A stretch of 63,930 nt of DNA, filler included, from Octopus bimaculoides (GCF_001194135.2; 6 parts of 6 records of this genome joined end to end with filler, not necessarily neighbours in it); one strand, 5' to 3'. Positions 53,330-63,150 are shown, counted from the whole stretch's first letter. The notes: a model not told the origin generated them from the letters alone. A program made the numbers and translations.

Positions 53330-53551
53330 GAGGTTACCATGGTCTTTTCCGTAGGCTTTACTCTACATGGATAAACCTAATGTTACCCCATTTTACACAA
53401 TTGACATTTTCTGTGATATACGATACCCCCTTTTTTCCCCCCCCTACCGATCCCTTTTGATCGGATTTTTTTTTTGTTTTTTTTTAAAGGAAAGCTCTAC
53501 AGTTGTATTTGTCCCCTCTGTGCGCAGCCCTGTGTGGCTAATAAAAGAAAG
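53330..53551 (+). mobile_element. LINE-like 3' end (family unassigned), (TATC)n tail
   Basis: AGGTTACCATGGTCTTTTCCGTAGGCTTT...CCCTTTTGATCG...AAAGCTCTACA.TTGTATTTGTCCC...AGCCCTGTGTGGCTAATAAAAGAAA, then (TATC)n. Homologous to the inverted copy at 54149. Confidence 0.7.
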
Positions 53552-53774
53552 TTATCTATCTATCTATATATCTATCTATCTATCTATCTATGTGTCTTTT
53601 TTCCTTCTCTCCCCCTCACACACATCCTGACTGCAAACTTTTTTGAGGTGAGGAATGACCAAGTTTACACGAACTTGGAAACTTTGGAACTCATCGTCTT
53701 TTCTAAATATTCCTATCGCTTACTTTTATTTATTTATTTACGCATTTTCAGGCCGTAACAACGTCATAAAACAG

Positions 53775-53928
53775 GATGGAAGAAATATTATATACATCTA
53801 TATGTACATATATGTGTTTAACAATCTATCCATTTATCTACCCATGTGTGTATATACATATACATATATGCACATATATATACATGTATATATACATCCA
53901 AACATATATATATATACATATACATATA

Positions 53929-54016
<88 letters not shown>

Positions 54017-54042
54017 CATACATACATATATAGATAGATAGG

Positions 54043-54077
<35 letters not shown>

Positions 54078-54087
54078 GTAGATAGAC

Positions 54088-54148
<61 letters not shown>
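53775..54148. repeat. (TA)n and (GATA/GACA)n microsatellite field
   Basis: Directly visible. Confidence 0.95.
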
Positions 54149-54440
54149 CATTTCTTTTATTAGCCACACAGGGCTCAACAAAGATGGGACGAATACAATG
54201 TAGAGCTTTACTTTTGGGGAGGGGGAAGGAAGAGAAAAAAAAAAGTAGGGGTGTCGATCAAAAGGGACCGAGAGAAAAAAGAAAAAAAAAGCGATCAATA
54301 GTAATGTTCTGGTGTAAAAAGAGGGGAGGACAGTTTAGGTTTAGCCGTGGAAAGAAAAGCCTACGGAAAAGACCACGGTAACCTTGGTCAATATTGTCAT
54401 TGCAGAAACTATAACAGTAAGTGACTCTCTTTTGCCTTTT
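54149..54440 (-). mobile_element. LINE-like 3' end, same family as 53330-53551, inverted
   Basis: Reverse complement AAGGTTACCGTGGTCTTTTCCGTAGGCTTT...CCCTTTTGATCG...AAAGCTCTACATTGTATTCGTCCC...AGCCCTGTGTGGCTAATAAAAGAAA, then (TATC)n. Confidence 0.72.
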
Positions 54441-54449
54441 TTTTTTTTT

Positions 54450-54549
54450 NNNNNNNNNNNNNNNNNNNNNNNNNNNNNNNNNNNNNNNNNNNNTTAATTA
54501 ATTAANNNNNNNNNNNNNNNNNNNNNNNNNNNNNNNNNNNNNNNNNNNN
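54450..54549. other. Artificial scaffold join (44 N + TTAATTAATTAA + 44 N)
   Basis: Linker at 54494-54505. Confidence 0.95.
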
Positions 54550-54624
<75 letters not shown>

Positions 54625-54759
54625 GAAAATGGTGGAAAAAAACGATAAGAAGTGTGTCTTTTGCACTAGGAATCCATTGTTTAATTAGTTAAGAAAGGTG
54701 AGAGTAAGAGTGAGTTTACGATTGTTTCTGTGTACCATGGTGAGGAAAATATATGTTTA

Positions 54760-56207
54760 CTAGCAGAGATACCTGGCGTTGCCCTTGTTATATGTAATGG
54801 AAGAATTAGACTTTTCTGTTATATTTTCTATAATGAACGGGAATACCCATGATTCGGTTGTCATCAAAATTGCAGATGTGGGTTCTTTCCCTCTTTACAC
54901 ACCGTAAAAAAATTGTATTCATGATACGTGTATCCCATACTACTGATCTTTATATGCAGATTACAAAATTCCAGTCTTATGGAACATGTTAAAAGGATTT
55001 TGCTCCTGAAAAGTGGAGGTCATGGAGCTCTAAAATGTGGGAATTAAGGCCCCTATTGGGGGTGGGTGTCTTACTGTCAACTAGAGAAGTTGAATTGAGA
55101 ATCTTTTTGACTTGGGTGTTATATCTATTGTTTGAATTTCTTTGAAATAGGAAATATATGTATGTTCACTGGGTTTGTAAAAGAGAGCAAAGCTACAGGA
55201 AACCAAAAGAGGAATGATCACAATAAGCAGTCAGCTACCCTACCATAGTCATTACTACTCCCCAATCTAGAATTCCTCACCATACAGGCACAGCCGTAAG
55301 ATGCATTACGGATCTGTAGCAATTGCAAGGGCGTGACACAACTGAAATAAACATTAACAACTGTGTGACGTGAGGGCAAAGGGGAAATGAAAGTGTCACC
55401 TATGGAGTTTGCAACTGACCACTATACCAATAGGTAACTGGACAGAATAAATTTCCAATCTATAAATGTCTTTGAATAACCAGTCACTCATCTGGGAAGG
55501 CCTTGAAATCAAGGTTACCACCTGGGGACTATGTGTGACCCAGTGATAATAAAAGGACTCAAAGGAGGTCGGCAAGGAAATAAATTTAGTCAACACTTTG
55601 CAACTGAATCAGTGGAGGCAAAGATGCCTCTCATTTACTTGAGAATTTATGCACCACATTACAGAAATCACGATCTAAGAATATCTCAAAGCAAACTCTT
55701 ACAATGTTGTACCATTGAATTATAAATAACGCTCATCTTTTGTGCTCGGGTGACCCTACAGCTTCCAAGAGTATAACTGTATTCGTCTTTGCTTAGATAA
55801 AATGACTAAATTGTGGTTGTCAAGTCCACATGAAGAGATCTTTCTAACATTTAAGAAGATGAAATTTTAGAAATATTACTTCGTTTGTGTCTAATATCTA
55901 TGGTTAAAATTTCATCAACAGCGAAAATATATGATTTTTCATGGGGGTTCTACCCCCTTTAAGCCATCTCAAATTCAAACTTAATATACTGCATTATACC
56001 TTCCCATATAAATTGAATCTAAGTTCCAAAAATCATAAGGATCCATTCAGCAATTTCGGTCCATGAACTTGTTTGAAACACACAGGATTACCCTTCTCCC
56101 TAGGCTTGGATTTTGTGTTCCAAATTTCATTAGGATCGGTGCAGTAGTTTTCGAATGTAGAAATAACACACGAACACACATAAAAACATTAACTTTTATA
56201 TAATAGA
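54760..56207 (-). mobile_element. Non-autonomous Helitron, apparently complete (~1.45 kb)
   Basis: Minus strand begins A|TCTATTATATAAAAGTT, followed by a TG-rich tract and ACTACTGCACCGATCCTAATGAAATTTGG. It ends GGGCAACGCCAGGTATCTCTGCTAG|T, a short GC hairpin upstream of CTAG. It sits between A and T with no TSD. Confidence 0.8.
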
Positions 56208-56255
56208 TATGAATATCCACATATACATACATGTATGTGTGTGTGTATTATATAT

Positions 56256-58470
56256 ATCATCATCATCATCATCATCGTCGTCGTTTAACGTCTGTTTTCC
56301 ATGCTAGCATGGATTGGACGATTTGACTGAGGACTGGTGAAACCGGACGGCTACACCAGGCTCCAATCTGATTTGGCAGAGTTTCTACAGCTGGATGCCC
56401 TTCCTAACGCCAACCACTCTGAGAGTGTAGGGTTCTTTTACGTGCCACCGGCACGAGGCCAGTCAGGCGGTACTGGCAACGGCCACGTTCAGAATGGTGT
56501 ATTTTATGTGCCACCTGCACAGAAGCCAGTTCGGCGGTACAGGCAACGATCTCGCACGAATGTTTTTACCCATGCCATCCAGCACAAGTGCGAGGGAGGC
56601 GATGCCATCACGATTCCGCTTTTGCTTGCCCCAACAGGTCTTCACAAGCCGAGTTTCATGTCCAATGAAGGAGACAACGTTGGCATGGGTGCCAATTGTC
56701 GGGTTTAATACGATTTCCATTTCGATTCCGATTTCACTTGCCTCAATATGTCTTCGCAAGCAGAGTTCAGTGTCCAATGAAGGAGGTACGCATAAGTGGG
56801 CTGGCTGAGGCTTTAGATTTAGGTCTCACTTGGCTTGCCGGGTCTTCTCACGCACAGCATATTTCCAAAGGTCTCGGTCAGAAGTCATTGCCTCGGTGAG
56901 GCCCAATGTTCGAAGGTCGTGCTTCACCACCTCATCTCAGGTCTTCCTGGGCCTACCTCTTCCACAGGTTCCCTCAACTGCTAGGGTGTGGCACTTTTTC
57001 ACACAGCTATCCTCATCCATTCTCACCACATGACCATACCAGTGCAATCGTCTCTCTTGCACACCACAACTGATGCTTCGTAAATTCCACTTTTCTCTCA
57101 AGGAACTAAAACTCTGTCTAGTATGCACACTGACATTACACATCCATCGGAGCATACTGGCTTCATTTCTTGCGAGCCTACGCATCTCCTCAGCAGTCAC
57201 GGCCCATGTTTCACTGCCATGAAGCATGGCTGTTCATACACATGCGTCATACAGTCTACCTTTTACTCTGAGTGAGAGGCCCTTTGTCACCAGCAGCGGT
57301 AGGAGCTCTCTGAACTTTGCCCAGGCTATTCTTATTCTAGCAGCTACACTTTCAGCACACCCTCCCCCACCACTACTAACTTGGTGACCTAGGTAGCGGA
57401 AGCTGTCAACTACGTCTAGTTTTTCTCCCTGGAAAGTGACAGAAGTTGTTTTCTGCACGCTTACAGCATTTATTGCTCCTGAGCATCTGCTACATACAAA
57501 AACTAACTTCCTAGTTAACCTTCCTTTGATATTGCTGCACCTCTTATGTGTCCATAGCTTGCACTAGGTTCATCTTATAGAGTTACTACCTACCCCTTTT
57601 CTACAAATCGAGCAGGGCCGTCTACCTGAAGGGGTTTGTGTTTTGTCTACCCTTCTACTTATTAGGACTTTGGTTTTTGCTAGGTTGACTCTAAGGCCTT
57701 TCAATTCTAGACCCTGCTTCCACACCTGAAACTTCTCCTCTAGTTCTGATAGTGACTCAGCAATTAGAGCAAGGTCATCAGCATAGAGGAGCTCCCAGGG
57801 GCATCCTGTCTTGAATTCCTCTGTTATCGCCTGGAGGACTATGATAAATAGGAGGGGACTGAGGACAGAACCTTGGTGGACTCCTACCTCTACCCGGAAT
57901 TCTTCACTGTACTCTCTGCCAACCCTCACCTTACTGACAGCGTCTCTGTGCATAGCTCGCACAGCTCTCACTAACCATTCTTCTATACCTAGTTTCCTCA
58001 TTGACCACCAGATAAGGGATCGGGAGACCCCGTCAAAGGCTTTCTCCATGTCAACGAAAGCCAGGTACAGAGGTTTATCCTTGGCTAAATATTTCTCTTG
58101 CAGCTGTCTTACCAGAAATATAGCATCAGTGGTGCTTTTCCCTGGCACGAACCCAAACTGCATCTCATCTAAGCTGACTCGCTCCCTGATTAGTTGGGCT
58201 ACGACCCTCTCCGTGACTTTCATTACCTGATCTAGCAACTTGATACCTCTGTAATTATTTGTATCTAAAGCGTCACCTTTACCTTTTTAGCAGTTGACAA
58301 TGGTGCTGCTACACCAGTCATTGGGTATGACGCCTTCGTGTATCACCTGATTAACAATACGGGTGACTAGGCTATAGCCGACACTGACAGATATTTTGAT
58401 CATCTCTGCAGTGATTCCTGACGGGCTGGGGGCCTTCCATGACTTCATACTCTTAATTGCTTTATCCACA
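56256..58470 (-). mobile_element. RTE-clade LINE, 5'-truncated within the ORF, with 3' UTR and (GAT)n tail
   Basis: The ORF fragments all share one frame. The 3' end carries the palindrome CCATGCTAGCATGG (56299-56312) and the tail GACGACGATGATGAT. Confidence 0.95.
56826..58469 (-). pseudogene. RTE reverse transcriptase ORF remnant (5 in-frame stops, no frameshift), with an internal PHD-like finger
   Basis: KAPSPSGITAEMIK, NYRGIKLL, QFGFVPGKSTTDAIFLVRQLQEK, FVDMEKAFD, GVHQGSVLSPLLF, LLYADDL, FRYLG, AMLHGSETW, RRLHWYGHVVRM, GRGRPRKT. Stops at 58287, 57570, 57564, 57234 and 56937. Confidence 0.95.
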
Positions 58471-58800
58471 CATTTTCACACCGTCACACCCACATACACA
58501 CACACACGCAACCTCTCGTTTGTATGGCGATCACCCCCTCCTTTTTTCTGTTATCTCCACTTTTCTTCGCTCTTCTTCGTCTTAACTCTTTTTGTGTCTG
58601 GCTTCCGGTCTTCATTCGCCATGATAGATCGGTGACCATCACACACATTTTTTTCTCTCCGTATTTTTCTCTCTCTCCGTGTTTCTATCTTTCTGTGGAA
58701 GAGCGTAGGCTCGAAACGTTAAAGACTTTCTCTATTTCTGAGCGTTAAGCTAATATATTTATTTATTGTTTGCATCACCTGTTTTTGTCTGTTGTTTTTT
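58471..58800 (+). mobile_element. Penelope-like pseudo-LTR-type repeat fragment
   Basis: Pyrimidine-rich segment containing a hammerhead-like motif followed by a T-rich end. This layout is typical of PLE terminal repeats (inference). Confidence 0.5.
58688..58725 (+). ncRNA. Minimal type I hammerhead ribozyme-like fold (variant core)
   Basis: TCTTT-CTGTGGAA-GAGC(GTAG)GCTC-GAAA-CGTT-AAAGA: 5-bp helix I, perfect 4-bp helix II, palindromic AACGTT helix III. Core is CUGUGGA instead of CUGANGA. Confidence 0.55.
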
Positions 58801-58813
58801 TGTAAATTCGCCC

Positions 58814-58849
<36 letters not shown>

Positions 58850-58977
58850 GTTTCAGTATTAAAGTGAAACTGTTAAAGTGAAAATATCTGACATTACAAT
58901 AGAATGATGTTATTGTTTCACTTCTGACACGTAACACTGCAATAGTGGAGGAGATGTGATATTGTACTGGGCTCGCA

Positions 58978-59138
58978 CTAGGCAAGAATTAAAAACAGAA
59001 TTTGGCCTAAAACACTACATGGACCCTAAATAAGGCATGTGTAAAATTTGAATGAAATTGGTAGGATATTTCTCAAGTTTTAGGAATTCACACAGACAGA
59101 CAGACAGACACACACATTCTCATCTTTATATATATAGA
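58978..59138 (-). mobile_element. Helitron-like 5' fragment
   Basis: Minus strand A|TCTATATATATAAAGATGAG, then a (TCTG)n microsatellite and AATTTCATTCAAATTTTACAC. No clear 3' hairpin. Confidence 0.55.
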
Positions 59139-59149
59139 TATTCTTGCAT

Positions 59150-60935
59150 CGTTGCCAATGGTAGATATCATCAGAACGAAGAAGTCAGAGGTAGAGAAAT
59201 GAGCGAAAGATAGAAGGGTACATCGGAAAAGGAAATGATCAAAGGTTCAAAAGTCTTACATTATATTTAGGTTCACACTTCGTTAAGTCTGTTGTGAGGT
59301 GGAAAAAGAGTAGAAGTTTGTTGGATCTGTGGTCTGATCTCGTGGTTATTTAATAGCATTGCTTCCACGTGTCTGTGACTACTGGGGGCTAGCCGCCGAT
59401 GCAGTGTAAGGGAGTTAACTCTGATTAGGGACAACCGGTGTGGTTATAAGGAACTATGTGTCAGTAAATTATAGGTTGTAGGTGGTTTTTATTTATAAAG
59501 GAAGCCGTATATAAGTGTAAAGTATAAATTGAGCATTGGTCCGATCTAGTGTGTAGAAAGAGTCATTGCCGTAATAATCATTAGTTATGAAGAGTGCAAA
59601 GAGAAAGGGGGTTGGAAGGGGAACTTTTGCTTGTAAGTAGCGTTTGTGGTTCTCTACTAAAAAGAATTATAGGAATAAATAGGCTAGCGTAGGAAGTAGA
59701 AAAGGTATATAATTATTGGTTTATAATGTGGGTTTGGAGTAGGGTAACGTAGAATATGGATTACGTATACTGTTTATTTATATATAATGGAGGTTTGCAT
59801 TGGTGTAAGCTAGTTAGGTTAGCATTAGGTTAAGGGGAGGTAATGCACTGATAAGTAGGTCTGCTAGTAGGGTTAAGGCTAGGAGGTAGTGATGTGTATA
59901 GGATTGAGCGGGTTTAATGAAACTTAAAAATACGAATTGGCCTATATATAAACAAAAAAATTATTTTCCTATTTCCTATTGAGTAGAGGCGATGTAGCCA
60001 TTAATATTTGGAGACGTTCTGTTAAACAGAGATGTCATCGCTTATTGGTAGTATTGAAAGACGAGGTTTTTACTAGGATATGCCATTCTAAACTCTAATT
60101 GATTTCTTATCCTTTAATTTCCAGATGTAGCTACTAAGCTCTGTAGAGTTTGCTTTACTTCTATTTCGAAAACTAGATTGGCATGAATTGTACCTAAGTA
60201 TCATTTGATTTTTCGTGACTCCTATTTACGATTTTGTATGGTTATTTGTGAGTACGTCACGTTGGTATAATACATTTTGTGCTTTACATCTATTACAGAA
60301 TTGGCACTTATTTCTGTCTCTGCATTCACATAAAATATTCAGTTTATCTGTGTTAGTGTTGTTTTGAGGGAGGGGGCTATTGTTTCTCGGGTCATTGTCC
60401 GTGTTGCTTGAAGGTGCGTCATTAGGGGTGGGATTTATTCTATTTGCCGGTTGGCTGTTATGTTTTATGTTGCTAATTTTCCTAGTTTCATAGCTTATTA
60501 TTATTTATTGAGGCTATGATGGTAGCTGAGTTACTAGTCAGGCTATGGCCTACACTAATTTTATTCTTAAATATTGCTGCATATTTATTATTTAAGCTGA
60601 AGTCTCATTATGGAGCGAACTATGTTAGATTTGAGCTGCATGGCGAAGGGCATTTTTAGCCAGAGCTTATTGCTATTTAGTTTATTAAAATTGTTATTTT
60701 TGGTAAAGAAGCTGCCCTCATTATCCGTATAGCTTGTAAAGTTGTAGTTATGGTCATTGTATTTCTTTCTTTAGTTGTGTTTATCTTTATTATTGTTCGT
60801 ATCAGTAGTTTTATTAGGGTTATTTCTATACGGTTTATGTGAACTAAATGGCTTTGTGTTATTGTTCTTTGCTGGGGTTATACTTTTGGTTCTTTGGCGT
60901 TCGTTATTTTTATTTTTATTAATATTTAGGTTTAT
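59150..60935 (-). mobile_element. Decayed Penelope-like element (RT thumb remnant, C-terminal GIY-YIG endonuclease, long 3' region)
   Basis: Manual minus-strand translation: LWLKMPFAMQLKSNI; YAAIFKNKISVGHS; CECRDRNKCQFCNRCKAQNVLYQRDV...KS*IGVTKNQMILRYNSCQSSFRNRSKANSTELSSYIWKLKDK; WHIL...TNKR*HLCLTERLQIL...LLNRK (about 59970-60330). This matches the PLE pattern CxC..C..VxY..YIG.T..RY..H..F..STELS.YIW.LK..KRC.LCL.E. Confidence 0.85.
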
Positions 60936-60936
60936 G

Positions 60937-61298
60937 TTATTATTATTATTATTATTGTTCAGTAGTTTTATTTTTATAACGTGCTTTCACTTCACTACCG
61001 AGCGCAGCTCTGTGCGCCTTGTTGTATGTGCTGTGGTTTGCTGTGGTGCTCTTATGTTTACTGTATTGAAAGTGTTTTGCGTAGAATGTGTGCAGTACCC
61101 AGTAGTGCAATTTTCTGTATGTTATATATATTTGTAAGTCCTGGTGTTTTTGTTATGTATTTGTCTGAATATTTTTTTAATTATACCTCAGTCACCTACT
61201 ATGATAGGAATTGTTTCTGTTTTTAGATTCCACATTCGAGTTATCTCTATTTCCAGGTCTTTGTATTTTGAAAGTTTTTCCATTTCTTTTAGAGAAAC
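60937..61298 (-). mobile_element. 3' end of a Dong/R4-type (restriction-like endonuclease) LINE with a (TAA)n tail
   Basis: Translation VSLKEMEKLSKYKDLEIEITRMWNLKTETIPIIVGD*G, then (frameshift) TPGLTNIYNIQKIALLGTAHILRKTLSIQ* (stop at 61058-61060). A ~100-bp 3' UTR and (TAA)n follow. The upstream part is cut by a scaffold join. Confidence 0.85.
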
Positions 61299-61398
61299 NN
61301 NNNNNNNNNNNNNNNNNNNNNNNNNNNNNNNNNNNNNNNNNNTTAATTAATTAANNNNNNNNNNNNNNNNNNNNNNNNNNNNNNNNNNNNNNNNNNNN
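61299..61398. other. Artificial scaffold join (44 N + TTAATTAATTAA + 44 N)
   Basis: Linker at 61343-61354. Confidence 0.95.
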
Positions 61399-61660
61399 TA
61401 GACAAGTCTTACGGGCAAAATATGAAAAGGTGAGGAATCCCAAGGGTAGACCATGAGGAGGTTGCTTGGATAACATCCATGGGCACGGTTGGTCTCTTTG
61501 GGAGTTCCTGCAGGTTCTACTGGACACGGTAGCTTCTGACGGAATCCGATGAAAGATGGGCTCAAGGATTCTACCCCATAACACTTCCAGCGGATGAAAA
61601 AGATGAGTCGAGATTTACATACACAAATAATCTACACATAAAAACACAAACACCTGTATA

Positions 61661-61934
61661 TATTGGTTTCAAATTTTGGCACAGGACCCACAATTTCGGT
61701 GGAAGGGGATTCTCGATTCCATCGACTGCAGTGTTCAACTGGGACTTATGTTATTGACCCTGAAAGGATGAAAGATAAAGTCGATTCCGACAGTGTTTGA
61801 ACTCAGATGGTAAAGACGAAAGAAATGCCGTCAGTCATTTCACCCAGCATGCTAACCATCTTGCCAGCATGCTAACCATCTTGCCAGCATGCTAACCATC
61901 TTGCCAGCATGCTAACCATCTTGCCAGCTCGCTG
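61661..61934 (-). mobile_element. SINE-B, old, with a 20-bp tandem expansion in the head
   Basis: The core and B-box (GAGTTCAAAC) are recognisable. CCAGCATGCTAACCATCTTG occurs four times at 61844-61923. Confidence 0.82.
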
Positions 61935-61950
61935 TCTCTAAGTCTGTATA

Positions 61951-62165
61951 TATTGATTTCAAATTTTGACAGATGGCCAATAATTGCCGAGGAGGGGGCA
62001 AGTCCATTACGTCGACCCCAGTGCTCAATTGGTACTTATTTTATCGACCCGGAAAGGATAAAAAGCAATGTAGACCTCAGCGGAATTTGAACTCACAATG
62101 AAGACGGACGCAATGCCGCTAAGCATTTTGCTCGCTGTGTGAACGATTCTGCCAGCTCAACGCCT
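61951..62165 (-). mobile_element. SINE-B, old
   Basis: GCGGAATTTGAACTC...GCCGCTAAGCATTTTGC...AACGATTCTGCCAGCTC. Confidence 0.82.
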
Positions 62166-62436
62166 ATATATCTGCATATGTTGATAGACAGATAGGTACA
62201 CACACAGACACACAGACACACATCCACACAAACACATGCACACACACATACACACAAATACACACACATTTATGTAATGCATGTATCATATATATGAATA
62301 TTAGTTTGTGTACATGTGTGTATGTGTGTGCGTGCTATTCTGTGCCTGCGCGTTTAGCGTCTATGTGTGAAATTCATTCAAGAATTTTTCGTCTAGTCCA
62401 GAGATTTCTATATTTCTTCATATTGTCATTATGACG

Positions 62437-62536
62437 NNNNNNNNNNNNNNNNNNNNNNNNNNNNNNNNNNNNNNNNNNNNTTAATTAATTAANNNNNNNN
62501 NNNNNNNNNNNNNNNNNNNNNNNNNNNNNNNNNNNN
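62437..62536. other. Artificial scaffold join (44 N + TTAATTAATTAA + 44 N)
   Basis: Linker at 62481-62492. Confidence 0.95.
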
Positions 62537-62581
<45 letters not shown>

Positions 62582-62624
62582 GCACTAAAGTAAATAATTA
62601 ATACCCGGCTAGCTTCATTGATGA

Positions 62625-62719
62625 CACACACCCACATACATATATACATGCACAAAGGCACACGCATATACATAGATACACACGCACAGATACATGCACA
62701 TACAGATAGATAACACACA

Positions 62720-62791
<72 letters not shown>

Positions 62792-63150
62792 TACATGTAC
62801 ATGGATTCATAGACACATACACATACACGCACACACAAATATATACATATATATATACACACACGCATACACAGACATGCAGAAACACGCATAAATATAT
62901 ATATATAAACACACGCATATACACATACATGCGCAGACACACACATACACATACGCTAACAGACGCACATATACAAACACACACACATACATGGTACGCT
63001 GTATACATAGAAACGCACGTAAACACACTCATAGACAAATACACAGATGACTACGCACACACACACACATACACACACGCTCTCACACAGACACGCTCGC
63101 TCTAACACACACTCACACACACACACACACTCACACACACACACACGGAA
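62625..63150. repeat. (CA)/(TA)n microsatellite field
   Basis: Directly visible. Confidence 0.95.

Noticed and set aside
59150-59180. CTGATGA on the minus strand at the PLE 3' end as a hammerhead core
   Set aside because: No proper helix II or GAAA follows. At best it is a truncated remnant.
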